Positions 1-8,964 of a DNA stretch of 32,000 bases are shown here, one piece after another. A program made the translations under genes and the position numbers. The first letter of the stretch is position 1; the number at the start of each line of letters is the position of its first letter. The stretch comes from Candidatus Woesearchaeota archaeon (GTDB taxonomy: Archaea > Nanobdellota > Nanobdellia > Woesearchaeales > ARS49), in the NCBI GenBank assembly GCA_018302815.1, contig JAGVZE010000017.1, positions 1,783-33,782 of the forward strand, given 5' to 3'. Under the pieces are notes generated by a model that saw nothing but the letters and a program-made list of their open reading frames with translations, was not told the origin of the DNA and ran no database searches.

Positions 1-187
1 AGACTGCCTATCTGAAATACACGCGCCAATACTATTTCACGAATACAAGCACACATATTTCCCACCTGCCTGTTTATTGCCTCACGTAGTCAAGATTGTC
101 GATTCAGCACTCAAACAGTGACTCTCTTTTTATATAAAACTAATAAAATGGTAAAGCTTAAAAAGCCCATATCGTCCCGAACAGCCT

Positions 188-1219
188 ATGTCAGGAGAAA
201 CAACAAGCACGCCGGCAAATCAAGGCAATTCAGTCGAGATAAAATATTCAGGCAGCAGGTATAAAGTCATAGACCGAATAGGAAGCGGAGGACAAGCCTG
301 CGTTGATCTTGCAATAGATACAACTAACGGTGTTCGCGTTGCCCTAAAACTTCCGCACGACAATCAAAACTATCTTAGCGGAGGCTATTTCGATCGCGAA
401 CACGCAATACTTCGAACACTCTCGCAACACACCAAACAAGTACCACAACTTTACGATTTCCAACGCTCGCCACCATACCTCGCAATGCATTTCATCCCAG
501 GAAAAACAATCTACGCTAAGATTGAAGACAAAACAATCTATGAACAATACAGCCTAGATGAACGCGTAGCAATGATCGCAGCAGTCTGCGCTCCGCTCAC
601 CGCTGCACATATGATGGGAATAATCCACCGGGACATCAAACCCGACAATATCCTCCTTTCAGATGATAAAGAATTATATCTGATAGACTGGGCGTTAGCC
701 AAAAAAACTCTTGAGACAATCTACGCACCAAACGAAACACCATTCAGCGGACAATCGGATGGAACCCAAGTCGTAGGAACACTAAGATATTGCCCCCCTG
801 AGCAATTAGACGGCTCATGCACATTAAGTTCTGATGTCTATTCCCTCGGAGCAGTTCTCTATGAACTTGCCGCAAAACGGCCATTTCGTAATTTCAATTC
901 CACACTCAATCCTGCGCAGCGCATTCGAATGATAAAAGCGGCAAACGGTTTCATCACATATGTGAAGCCAGCGGTTCCAGCAGGCCTTTTATCAATACTT
1001 GAAAAAGCGTATTCTCCAAAACAACGAACACGTTTCGCGAACGCGTATGAATTCGGATTCGCGCTCAACGAATATCTTAATTCGACTTCTCCACACCCGC
1101 CTTCGGGCAAAAATTCGCAATCGCACACGAACTGCACACCGGAACAGGAGCCCTGCACACTGCTCGCCCGTGAGCCTTCAACAGCCACTGAGTCTGTTTC
1201 CACCAGTCCTTTGGAATAA
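188..1219 (+). CDS. Hanks-type Ser/Thr protein kinase with S/T/P-rich C-terminal tail
   Basis: Gly-rich loop IGSGGQACV, VALK lysine, catalytic loop HRDIKPDNILL, activation segment DWA...GTLRYCPPEQ. A TATA-like TTTATATA at about 129-136 lies upstream. Confidence 0.85.
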   Translation: MSGETTSTPANQGNSVEIKYSGSRYKVIDRIGSGGQACVDLAIDTTNGVRVALKLPHDNQNYLSGGYFDREHAILRTLSQHTKQVPQLYDFQRSPPYLAMHFIPGKTIYAKIEDKTIYEQYSLDERVAMIAAVCAPLTAAHMMGIIHRDIKPDNILLSDDKELYLIDWALAKKTLETIYAPNETPFSGQSDGTQVVGTLRYCPPEQLDGSCTLSSDVYSLGAVLYELAAKRPFRNFNSTLNPAQRIRMIKAANGFITYVKPAVPAGLLSILEKAYSPKQRTRFANAYEFGFALNEYLNSTSPHPPSGKNSQSHTNCTPEQEPCTLLAREPSTATESVSTSPLE

Positions 1220-1712
1220 GCGCATTAAGATCGTTCTCTATTTTTTCAGGATTAGAATTCTTCGTCCAGCCAAGACGGTAAGATGTCCTGATAACGTGAG
1301 TGTCCACTACAACTCCGTCAACAATATTAAACGCGTTGGTCAGAATAACGATGGCTGTCTTTCTTCCAATGCCCGGCAAATCTATTAGTTCATCAATTGT
1401 TTTTGGAACTTTACCATTGTGCTTTTCAACGAGAAGTTTACATGCAGCGATGATATTCTTCGCCTTGTTGCCAGCGAAAGTAACTTTGCTAACGTATTTT
1501 AGCAAATCATCAACTGACGCTTTCGTGTAATCACTTGCAGTCTTATAGTGGTTGAACAATTCTTTCGTACACTCATTCACAACCTCATCACGCACTTGCG
1601 CCGAAAGGATAGCTGCCACCATCAAATCCAACGAAGTCTTGAAGTCAAGATAGTATTTGGCATTTGGGTACGTCTTCTTCAGTAGCTTTAGAATAACAAG
1701 GGGGCCGTTCAT
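1077..1712 (-). CDS. nth: Endonuclease III (DNA glycosylase/AP lyase)
   Basis: Helix-hairpin-helix LIDLPGIGRKTA and a C-terminal 4Fe-4S loop with C-x6-C-x2-C-x5-C spacing (CRAPVPVCSSCAIANFC). Confidence 0.9.
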   Translation of the reverse strand: MNGPLVILKLLKKTYPNAKYYLDFKTSLDLMVAAILSAQVRDEVVNECTKELFNHYKTASDYTKASVDDLLKYVSKVTFAGNKAKNIIAACKLLVEKHNGKVPKTIDELIDLPGIGRKTAIVILTNAFNIVDGVVVDTHVIRTSYRLGWTKNSNPEKIENDLNALIPKDWWKQTQWLLKAHGRAVCRAPVPVCSSCAIANFCPKAGVEKSN

Positions 1713-1897
1713 ACTGAAAGTACTCCTTGTCTTTTGAGAGTTTCAAGAGCACGTGTTATTTGGATAATTGGCAAATGCGTTTCAACGTATACATCTATCG
1801 CGTCTATCTCATACTTTCCTTGCGCTTTGCGTTTTTGGATAGATTTTTTTACAATTTCACGCATAGACGCATCGCTTACTTGTGTGATTTGAATCAT
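1709..1897 (-). CDS. Small hypothetical protein (62 aa), possibly wHTH-like, translationally coupled to nth
   Basis: ATG start. Its TGA stop overlaps the nth ATG (ATGA). No recognisable motif. Confidence 0.5.
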   Translation of the reverse strand: MIQITQVSDASMREIVKKSIQKRKAQGKYEIDAIDVYVETHLPIIQITRALETLKRQGVLSV

Positions 1898-2032
1898 TTG
1901 TAATGCCCTGATTATGATGTGATTTTTCTCTTAATAAACTCTTTGAAGAAAAAGTTGGAAAGTCTACGAATACTCGTTCACTGGACATTCCTCCACGTGC
2001 CATTTTTAAATCACTCAATACGTTGCGGTGGT

Positions 2033-2794
2033 ATGGCTCGTTTATCGCCGTTATTGAAATTGAAACTATCTGAAAAACTACAACAAGGATGGTCAATAAA
2101 CAACCTTGCGCGGGAACTATCGCTTGCCAAATCAACAATATACTATTATTACCGAAAAATAAACGGCAAAAAATACCAAGAGCCAACTTTTATTTCTTCA
2201 AATTCTGAATTGGAAGGCGAAATCAACGGTATATTCGCAGGTGATGGAAGCCAACACTATAATCGGAAAAAGGGGTCTTATCAAGTAAATGTTCATTTTG
2301 GAATCAAAAATAAGCGGTATGCTGAATATGTTAAGCAACTCTTCGAGTCATTTTTTGGCAAGCCGTTTAGACTCAATTTAGATGGAGACAATAAGCTTCG
2401 ATTAAGAATTGAATCGCGGCGCATTTTTCGTTATTTTGAGCAGTATTTATCATATAATAGTAGGGTGAAGCACTGCACGGTTCAACTTAAGCCTGATTGT
2501 TCTGCACAATTCAAAATCGGTTTTTTGCGCGGATTCTTTGATACTGATGGATGTTTTTATCAAGACCCCGGCTGTAGAAGAATCAAGCTCTTTTATACAA
2601 CAACCTCTGAAGTTCTAGCACTTCAAATCAGAGCGTTAATTTCAGATCTTAATATTCAGAGTTCTCTTTACATTCGAACACCTGCTTATGAAAAACCAGT
2701 CTATATTGTCAACATTTTAAAAGAAGGCAGGAATAGATTTATAAAGGTAGTAAAACCGCTCAAAGCCCAGCGGGCAGGTAATTCAGCCCGGTAG
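2033..2794 (+). CDS. Free-standing double-motif LAGLIDADG homing endonuclease with N-terminal HTH
   Basis: Two LAGLIDADG motifs (INGIFAGDGS and GFLRGFFDTDGCF) and an N-terminal HTH-like WSINNLARELSLAKSTIYYYY. The ATG at 2033 is preferred over the track start at 1919 because TTTTTAAAT at 2003-2011 lies about 22 nt upstream. Confidence 0.8.
   Translation: MARLSPLLKLKLSEKLQQGWSINNLARELSLAKSTIYYYYRKINGKKYQEPTFISSNSELEGEINGIFAGDGSQHYNRKKGSYQVNVHFGIKNKRYAEYVKQLFESFFGKPFRLNLDGDNKLRLRIESRRIFRYFEQYLSYNSRVKHCTVQLKPDCSAQFKIGFLRGFFDTDGCFYQDPGCRRIKLFYTTTSEVLALQIRALISDLNIQSSLYIRTPAYEKPVYIVNILKEGRNRFIKVVKPLKAQRAGNSAR
2738..2745 (+). promoter_or_regulatory. TATA box of tRNA-Ala, embedded in the LAGLIDADG ORF
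   Basis: TTTATAAA ends 27 nt upstream of tRNA position 1 (2772), which is typical archaeal spacing. Confidence 0.55.
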
Positions 2795-2845
2795 AATGCT
2801 CGGCTGGCAGCCGAGATGCCGGGGGTTCAAATCCCCCCCTGTCCA
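2772..2845 (+). tRNA. tRNA-Ala (anticodon GGC), no encoded CCA
   Basis: Manual cloverleaf: acceptor GGGCAGG/CCTGTCC with the G3:U70 alanine identity pair, D stem ATTC/GAAT, anticodon stem CTCGG/CCGAG with loop CTGGCAG, 5-nt variable loop, T arm GGGGG-TTCAAAT-CCCCC, discriminator A. Confidence 0.85.
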
Positions 2846-2888
2846 TGTGCTATCTACCAATGCGGCAAACTCAATAGGTGCTGTATTT

Positions 2889-3515
2889 TTGAATGAGAGT
2901 GACATTTTCAAAAGACTTCTTAATTTGCCACTTCAACCCACCGAAGCGATACTGGTCTTCACAGGATACGGTTTTTCTCTTTGCGATAAGGCGCACGAAC
3001 TTTACAAGGCAGGATATTCAGATAAGCTCTGCGTTTTTGGAGACAACAGCTATCCTTGGAAAGCGAACCCGAAAGCTGATTCGATAGATCACAAGAATTA
3101 TTTGCACACTCTTCCTGGCGTAAAAGAAGTATTCTGCAATTTAGTGCATACTGGAAACACAAAACAAGCATCAGAAACAGCATTGGAAAAAATGCAGGAT
3201 TCAGGGTGGAACAGCGCACTTCTAGTCACCTGCTGGTACCATATGCCAAGAGCGTATTCGACCTTCGTTAAAGCAATGCTACTGCGAGGAAAAGACCTAC
3301 ATATTGTTCCCGCGCCGTACGAGCCTTCAGTTTGGGCAGATACCGATCAGATACTTGAGATGAGCTGGACAGACGCTCTCAAACAAGAGAAAGAACGAAT
3401 CGAACGCTACCGCGCGCAAGCAGACGTCGCGACAAAAGAAGAGCTAAGCGCATATATTGAAATGCATTTCAACCAATCGACGTTCATCAGTCAACGATTC
3501 TTGAACACAAAATAA
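2889..3515 (+). CDS. DUF218 / YdcF-like protein
   Basis: ILVFTGYG ... GNTKQASE ... LLVTCWYHMPRA matches the DUF218 pattern. The track ORF start (2796) lies inside tRNA-Ala. The only in-frame starts after the tRNA are GTG 2847 and TTG 2889, so the start is uncertain. Confidence 0.65.
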   Translation: MNESDIFKRLLNLPLQPTEAILVFTGYGFSLCDKAHELYKAGYSDKLCVFGDNSYPWKANPKADSIDHKNYLHTLPGVKEVFCNLVHTGNTKQASETALEKMQDSGWNSALLVTCWYHMPRAYSTFVKAMLLRGKDLHIVPAPYEPSVWADTDQILEMSWTDALKQEKERIERYRAQADVATKEELSAYIEMHFNQSTFISQRFLNTK

Positions 3516-3538
3516 TCATTTATTTTTTTGAGAACACC

Positions 3539-4267
3539 CTAATTGCCTGAGGGAGGATTCAACGCCACATTCGCAGAACGCACTTCGTGATCGATAACCG
3601 TATTTACCGCAACCTCAAGACTGTGCAATTCAAGCTCCTTTTCCATAGAATGCGATTCGGCAAGAGAATTAAGCAAACTAAAATAGTTCGTTGAAAGATT
3701 TCGCGCCTCTTCTGACTCTATCCAGACAAGCTTTCCAGCAGGGTCAATTGCAGGATTTGTCAAAATGCTAAGCTTTTTTTTGACGAGCGCAAGACCATTC
3801 AATTTGCCATTGACACCTTCAAAACTAAGCCGCTGCATATCATTATCCTCGCGCGCTTTCTTTAGCTTTTGGAAGAACCCACTTTGTTCCTGTTTCATTA
3901 TACTAGAAACAGTATTATCTTGCAAAGAACGCACTTTTTCCACTAAGCTCCTTAGTTTTGAACGCACATTAGCGTCAGCGCCATCGAGCGCAGGCTGGTC
4001 GATAGGCGATTGATTAAGCTGATATATCATCTCAGTTACAAGCACATCCTCATCTTCCATTATGAGAAGCCGAGCCGCAGGATGAATAGATTCATCCTCG
4101 AGAATTCGCAGAACGTTCGAGTAGAAACCCGCCCATTCTTCCCTATCCTGAACTCGCGGCAGAATCGACCTTCGCTCTTTTTCGATTCTAACTTTATCCA
4201 TCAGAAGCCTTTCGCGCTCCGCCAAAACATTACGCTTTTTTCCCAATACTTTGTCAAACCAGCTCAT
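3539..4267 (-). CDS. Hypothetical charged/helical protein (242 aa)
   Basis: Long ORF with protein-like composition, 22 nt downstream of the preceding same-strand ORF. No motif recognised. Confidence 0.6.
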   Translation of the reverse strand: MSWFDKVLGKKRNVLAERERLLMDKVRIEKERRSILPRVQDREEWAGFYSNVLRILEDESIHPAARLLIMEDEDVLVTEMIYQLNQSPIDQPALDGADANVRSKLRSLVEKVRSLQDNTVSSIMKQEQSGFFQKLKKAREDNDMQRLSFEGVNGKLNGLALVKKKLSILTNPAIDPAGKLVWIESEEARNLSTNYFSLLNSLAESHSMEKELELHSLEVAVNTVIDHEVRSANVALNPPSGN

Positions 4268-4289
4268 AGTGCCTCTTTTTACTTTTATC

Positions 4290-4568
4290 TCACTGATGAC
4301 ACGGACAGTCAGCCAATCCTTTCGACTCTACCGATTTCAACGCATCCTCAAGAGAAGGTTCTCCTTCAGTTTTACCCTTTACCACATAAAACCCTACATT
4401 TTTCTCATCATTATTGAATATCTTGCGCACAGAATCATACGCGGGACCCTGCCTCACACTGCCCCAGCCATATTGCCGCGACAAATCCTCGTAAAGCCTG
4501 CAGGCTTTTGCAGCGCCGATGTCAAACCAAGAAGCCTCGTGCACAAATTCATCCAATTCATTGCTCAT
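4290..4568 (-). CDS. Hypothetical protein (92 aa) ending in CPCHQ
   Basis: The internal ATG at 4568 is preferred because TTTTTAAG (complement of about 4590-4599) lies about 24 nt upstream. The longer track ORF would overlap the divergent gene. Confidence 0.45.
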   Translation of the reverse strand: MSNELDEFVHEASWFDIGAAKACRLYEDLSRQYGWGSVRQGPAYDSVRKIFNNDEKNVGFYVVKGKTEGEPSLEDALKSVESKGLADCPCHQ

Positions 4569-4683
4569 ACTTGAACAGATGCATGCACTCTTAAAAACGT
4601 TTCGCACAATCCTTATTAATGACGCATGGTTCTTCGTTTTCATGTACGATTATACCTATTGGGGTCTAACCAGCCTTTCAGGA

Positions 4684-5559
4684 ATGGACAATATGGCGCT
4701 TGAAGAACACTTCCTTCAAGACTCAGCAGAGAAAAAAACAGCGCACATGCGATTTTACGATTTCTCAAAAGACACAGTGGTGCTAGGATACTCTCAGGCA
4801 ACCGATGCGGTGAAAAAATGGAGTTCTGATTTTCACGTTGTCCGCCGAGCGAGCGGCGGCTCCCACGTGCACGTCGGAAAAAACGTACTCGCATATTCAT
4901 TCATAGTTCCAAGAGACGGCTCATTCGTCAACCATCAAGACTTTCGGATATATTACGCAGACAAAGTCGCGCAAGCGCTTGAACAAGCAGGACTTTCAAA
5001 TATAACAACCGATCATCGGGCAAGCACCATAATGAAAGACGGCAAAGTAATCGCAAGCCACGCGGTCACATGGGGCGTCAAAAGCGCGCTTTTGCACGGC
5101 CTTATAATGATAGATCCGTACAATATGCAATCCATCCTAAATAGAATCAAACTCAACACAAGGATGATCGGCAACAAGACGTACCATGAGGCAGATGCAT
5201 TAGCGCACATCCCCACAGTCACTAAATCGTTTTCCGAATTAAAACCCCATGCGACGCCTGAACAAAAAACGCTCTTTTGCAAACAACTACTCACAAACAA
5301 CATACTTCACTCGGTGGCAAAAACCAATTTCAAATCAAGACTGCTAACTAATGAAGTCCTATCAAAAGCAGAGCTTCTCCAACGAACCAGATACGCGACT
5401 GAACGATGGGTGATGCAGCGTGACCCCACATTCACTCCTGAACAAATAGAAGAGATGCCAGGCGAAAAGCTAGATGGACCACTCAACAAAAACCAAGGAT
5501 ATTGCCTTTACATCCAAGTGCCTGATAAAGATTTTAAGAACATGACTGGGCCCGATTAG
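4684..5559 (+). CDS. Lipoate-protein ligase A-like (biotin/lipoate A/B ligase family)
   Basis: VVLGYSQ ... VVRRASGGSHVHVGKNVLAYSFIV and KDGKVIASHA resemble LplA core motifs. The ATG at 4684 is chosen because a weak TATA lies about 28 nt upstream. ATG 4642 is an alternative. Confidence 0.65.
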   Translation: MDNMALEEHFLQDSAEKKTAHMRFYDFSKDTVVLGYSQATDAVKKWSSDFHVVRRASGGSHVHVGKNVLAYSFIVPRDGSFVNHQDFRIYYADKVAQALEQAGLSNITTDHRASTIMKDGKVIASHAVTWGVKSALLHGLIMIDPYNMQSILNRIKLNTRMIGNKTYHEADALAHIPTVTKSFSELKPHATPEQKTLFCKQLLTNNILHSVAKTNFKSRLLTNEVLSKAELLQRTRYATERWVMQRDPTFTPEQIEEMPGEKLDGPLNKNQGYCLYIQVPDKDFKNMTGPD

Positions 5560-6251
5560 ACCCCAGGCAACGCGCCAAGCGCTTTTCCAATCAGGTAACC
5601 CGCTATAGCGGCAGTCATTCCCACAATCGCCATCTCGACACCTGATTTCAACGGCCGAACGCCAGTCATCTTGCCTTTAGCGGCACCTGAAACAAATAAA
5701 GTTAGCGTGGATATTATAAGAGTCAAAATAACAGCATCAGCTACGGGCAGCAAGACAAATGAAATAAGAGGAATGATGCTTCCCACAATCGCTGCAAGCC
5801 CAACTATAATCGCGTCTCTAACCGGGTGAGCGAACTCCTGCGGGTTAAGCCCAAGCTCATCACGCATCATCGTCTCAACCCAAATCTTCTTGTTGCTAGT
5901 GATTTTACGAACTATCTGATCGAGAAGCTTGCCGCTAAAACCTTTCCTTGCATAAATTTGACGAACTTCCTCACGCTCTTCCTTTGGAACAGCCTCAACC
6001 TCTTTTTGTTCAGTCTCAAGCTCTTTTTGATAATACTCTTTAGCAGCTTTACTGCTCGTGTACGCAACAGCAGCCATACTAATAGACTCTGCGAACGTTG
6101 CCGCAAGCCCCGAAATCATTATCATTTGCGTACTATGCGTAGCCTCGGCCACTGCAAGAACAATGCCGAGCACATTCACAAGACCATCCTGCCCGCCTAA
6201 AATAAGATCACGTATGACTGCAGAACCCTTACCGTGAACCTCTTTTCTCAT
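5556..6251 (-). CDS. VIT1/CCC1 family iron/manganese transporter
   Basis: GGQDGLVNVLGIVLAVAEA signature, a central charged loop, and C-terminal TM helices. TATA TTTTTTAAAG lies about 22 nt upstream. Confidence 0.85.
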   Translation of the reverse strand: MRKEVHGKGSAVIRDLILGGQDGLVNVLGIVLAVAEATHSTQMIMISGLAATFAESISMAAVAYTSSKAAKEYYQKELETEQKEVEAVPKEEREEVRQIYARKGFSGKLLDQIVRKITSNKKIWVETMMRDELGLNPQEFAHPVRDAIIVGLAAIVGSIIPLISFVLLPVADAVILTLIISTLTLFVSGAAKGKMTGVRPLKSGVEMAIVGMTAAIAGYLIGKALGALPGV

Positions 6252-6288
6252 GTTCTTAAAGAACGTTCCTCTCTTTAAAAAAGTTTAG

Positions 6289-8874
6289 TTACGGCCGTGG
6301 AAGACTCTTCGCCAAAGAAGGCTTGTAAAATCTTAGCAGCAAACTATTCGAGACAACGCTAACGCTCGAAAGCGACATCGCGATGCCTGCAAGCAATGGA
6401 TTAAGAAGAGTGCCTGTGAAAGGATAAATCGCACCAGCTGCCACAGGAATCAAGATAATATTGTACGCGAACGCCCAGAACAAATTCTGCTTTATTTTGC
6501 GCATGGTCTTTGCGCTCAATTCAATCGCGGTCACAACATCACGCACATCACTTTTCATCAACACGACATCACCAGATTCTATAGCAATGTCAGTTCCTGA
6601 CCCAATCGCAATGCCAACATCCGCTTGGCTAAGCGCAGGAGCGTCATTGACACCATCACCAACCATCGCGACCTTTTTGCCACGCTCCTGAAGCTGCTTT
6701 ACTCTTGAAGCTTTCTCACCCGGAAGAACGTTCGCCAGCACATCATCAATACCTGCCTCTTTAGCTACCGCCCTTGCCACGCGCTCATTATCGCCGGTAA
6801 TCAACATAACCTTCTTGCCAAGCCTGTGAAGCTCCTCAACTGTTTCCTTCGCGAAAGGCTTCAACTGGTCCGCTACCGCGATAATGCCAAGAAGCTGTTT
6901 TGAAGTCGCAAGATACACCACAGTCTTTCCCTGAAGCTCAAGGTCCTGCACTTTTTGTTCGATGCTTTCAACATCAATCTTTTCACCCGACATTAGCCTG
7001 CGATTTCCAAGCAACAAATTCTTGCCCTTGTAGCTAGCCTGCACGCCCTGGCCTGTGATAGACTTGAAATGAATCGCCTCAGGAATCGCTATTTTACGCG
7101 CCTTCGCAGCATTAAGAATAGCCTCAGCAAGAGGATGCTCGCTCTTGCGCTCAAGAATCGCCGCAAGCTGCAAAAGACCTTCCGCAGAAGACTTGCCCAC
7201 AGGGACAATATCGGTTACCTCTGGCTCTCCTTTAGTCAAAGTTCCTGTTTTATCGAATAAGACAACCTTTATGTCCCTTGTTTCCTGCAAACTCTTCGCG
7301 TTTTTGAACAAAATACCATTCTGCGCCCCCTTGCCGCTGCCAACCATCACCGCAGTCGGCGTTGCAAGCCCAAGCGCGCACGGACACGCAATTATAAGAA
7401 CCGCAACAAAACTCGTGAACGCAAGCGCCCAATCGCCAAACGTCCACCAAGAAACAAAACTCGCAACCGCTATCAAGATAACCGCGGGAACAAAATAATA
7501 CGAAACTTTGTCCGCAACTTCCTCGATTGGCGCCTTAGAACCCTGCGCTTCCTCAACAAGCCTCACTATTTGAGCAAGAGCCGTGTCTTTTCCAACCTTT
7601 GAAGCGCGCATATAGAATGAGCCAGTCTTGTTCACAGTTCCGCCGATAACAGCGCTTCCCTTCACCTTCTCAACAGGAAGACTCTCACCAGTAATCATGC
7701 TCTCATCAACCGAACTTAAACCATCAGTCACAACACCATCAGTTGGAATCCTCTTTCCCGGAGACACCAGCAGAATATCTCCAACTTGAACTTCATCAAG
7801 AGATATCTCTTGCGTGAACACTTCATCGCCGCGTTTGCCCGTAACTCTTAGCGCAGTCGTAGGCTGAAGGCTCAACAATTTACGAATAGCATCGCTCGCC
7901 TTACCCCTAGCTATAGCCTCAAGCAATTTGCCAAGCAAAATGAACGCCACGATAAGACCCGCGATCTCAAAATAAAGCATTTCCATCGTGTAGCCTTCTT
8001 TGCCAACCATCAACATCACGAACACAAACGCGCTGTACAAATACGCAGCTCCAGTACCAACCGCCACAAGACTATCCATATTCGGCACCCTGTTGATAAG
8101 AAGAGCGCGAAGACCTTTAGTGTAAAATTCAAAACCTGCAATGATAATTGGAGTTGCCAGCAACAATTGCAGCAAAGCGCTCGTTGTCATCGACAATTCA
8201 GGAAGCGGAAGCCCAGCCATGTGGCCCATCGCGAGATAAAGAAGAGGAACGCCAAAAACTGCCGCAATAGACACGCGCTTGCCCCAATGCGCAACCTCAG
8301 AATGCACCTTCGTGTCAGCCACGGTTGCGCCATAACCCGCATTCTTGACAGCAGCAATGAGGCTATCAACATTTCCTCCCTTGACTCTTGCTTTGGATGT
8401 CGCAAGATTAACCTTGACTTCTGAAACACCCTCAACTTTTCTGAGCGCGCCTTCCACAATCATCTGACAATGCGCGCTATCCATCCCTGAAATCTCAAGA
8501 GTGACAACACCAGACTCTAACTGCGTTTGCGCGTTTATCGTCTCATGAGACTCAGTCTTATAGCCTGACTTTTCTATCGCCTCGCGCAAAAGTTTCTCTG
8601 ACACAAGCTTTGGGTCATAATCAACAAACGCCTTTGATGCAGCAAAATTCACGCTGGCAGATTTCACACCCGCGATTTTTTTCAACGCAGTCTCAATCGT
8701 TCTTACGCAGTTAGCGCAGCGCATATTAGAAATGACAATGATAGCTTTGCTCACATCTTCAAATTTAGCCTTGCACTCCGCGCTGCAGAAATAGTAGGTC
8801 TGCGACCTGCCTTCAATCTTGAACTTCGCAGTTACCGGATTCACTTCCATGCCACACGAAGGGTCTTTAACCAT
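6289..8874 (-). CDS. copA: Copper-translocating P1B-type ATPase with N-terminal TRASH/YHS-like domain and two HMA domains
   Basis: DPSCGMEV...CSAEC (TRASH/YHS-like), HMA1 with CANC, HMA2 with a degenerate SAHC, TGES, CPC ([11 protein letters not shown]), [15 protein letters not shown]. Confidence 0.95.
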   Translation of the reverse strand: MVKDPSCGMEVNPVTAKFKIEGRSQTYYFCSAECKAKFEDVSKAIIVISNMRCANCVRTIETALKKIAGVKSASVNFAASKAFVDYDPKLVSEKLLREAIEKSGYKTESHETINAQTQLESGVVTLEISGMDSAHCQMIVEGALRKVEGVSEVKVNLATSKARVKGGNVDSLIAAVKNAGYGATVADTKVHSEVAHWGKRVSIAAVFGVPLLYLAMGHMAGLPLPELSMTTSALLQLLLATPIIIAGFEFYTKGLRALLINRVPNMDSLVAVGTGAAYLYSAFVFVMLMVGKEGYTMEMLYFEIAGLIVAFILLGKLLEAIARGKASDAIRKLLSLQPTTALRVTGKRGDEVFTQEISLDEVQVGDILLVSPGKRIPTDGVVTDGLSSVDESMITGESLPVEKVKGSAVIGGTVNKTGSFYMRASKVGKDTALAQIVRLVEEAQGSKAPIEEVADKVSYYFVPAVILIAVASFVSWWTFGDWALAFTSFVAVLIIACPCALGLATPTAVMVGSGKGAQNGILFKNAKSLQETRDIKVVLFDKTGTLTKGEPEVTDIVPVGKSSAEGLLQLAAILERKSEHPLAEAILNAAKARKIAIPEAIHFKSITGQGVQASYKGKNLLLGNRRLMSGEKIDVESIEQKVQDLELQGKTVVYLATSKQLLGIIAVADQLKPFAKETVEELHRLGKKVMLITGDNERVARAVAKEAGIDDVLANVLPGEKASRVKQLQERGKKVAMVGDGVNDAPALSQADVGIAIGSGTDIAIESGDVVLMKSDVRDVVTAIELSAKTMRKIKQNLFWAFAYNIILIPVAAGAIYPFTGTLLNPLLAGIAMSLSSVSVVSNSLLLRFYKPSLAKSLPRP

Positions 8875-8896
8875 GCGCCCTATAACTGAAGGAAGC

Positions 8897-8904
8897 TATA
8901 TAAA
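8897..8904 (-). promoter_or_regulatory. TATA box for copA (leaderless spacing)
   Basis: Minus-strand TTTATATA centred about 26 nt upstream of the copA ATG at 8874. Confidence 0.5.
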
Positions 8905-8964
8905 CATTATGCACTTAGACACATCTAAGAATATTCTAGCAATCTTTTGAACATGAAAGCACTA

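Noticed and set aside
2796-2846. ATG start of the 239-aa ORF, and 1919-2032 as the start of the LAGLIDADG ORF
   Set aside because: 2796-2845 is the body of tRNA-Ala. 1919-2032 precedes the TATA box at 2003-2011 and encodes a hydrophobic, non-conserved-looking extension.
3539-4267. ESCRT-III/PspA-like assignment for the 242-aa protein
   Set aside because: Only the first 11 residues (MSWFDKVLGKK) resemble ESCRT-III/PspA N-termini. I could not follow the expected helical hairpin pattern through the rest, so it is left as hypothetical.
4519-4683. Long N-terminus of the lipoate ligase-like ORF, and the 4569-4643 extension of the opposite-strand ORF
   Set aside because: The two extensions overlap each other head to head. 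Each gene has an internal ATG with a TATA-like box at leaderless distance, and the extensions contain no family motifs.
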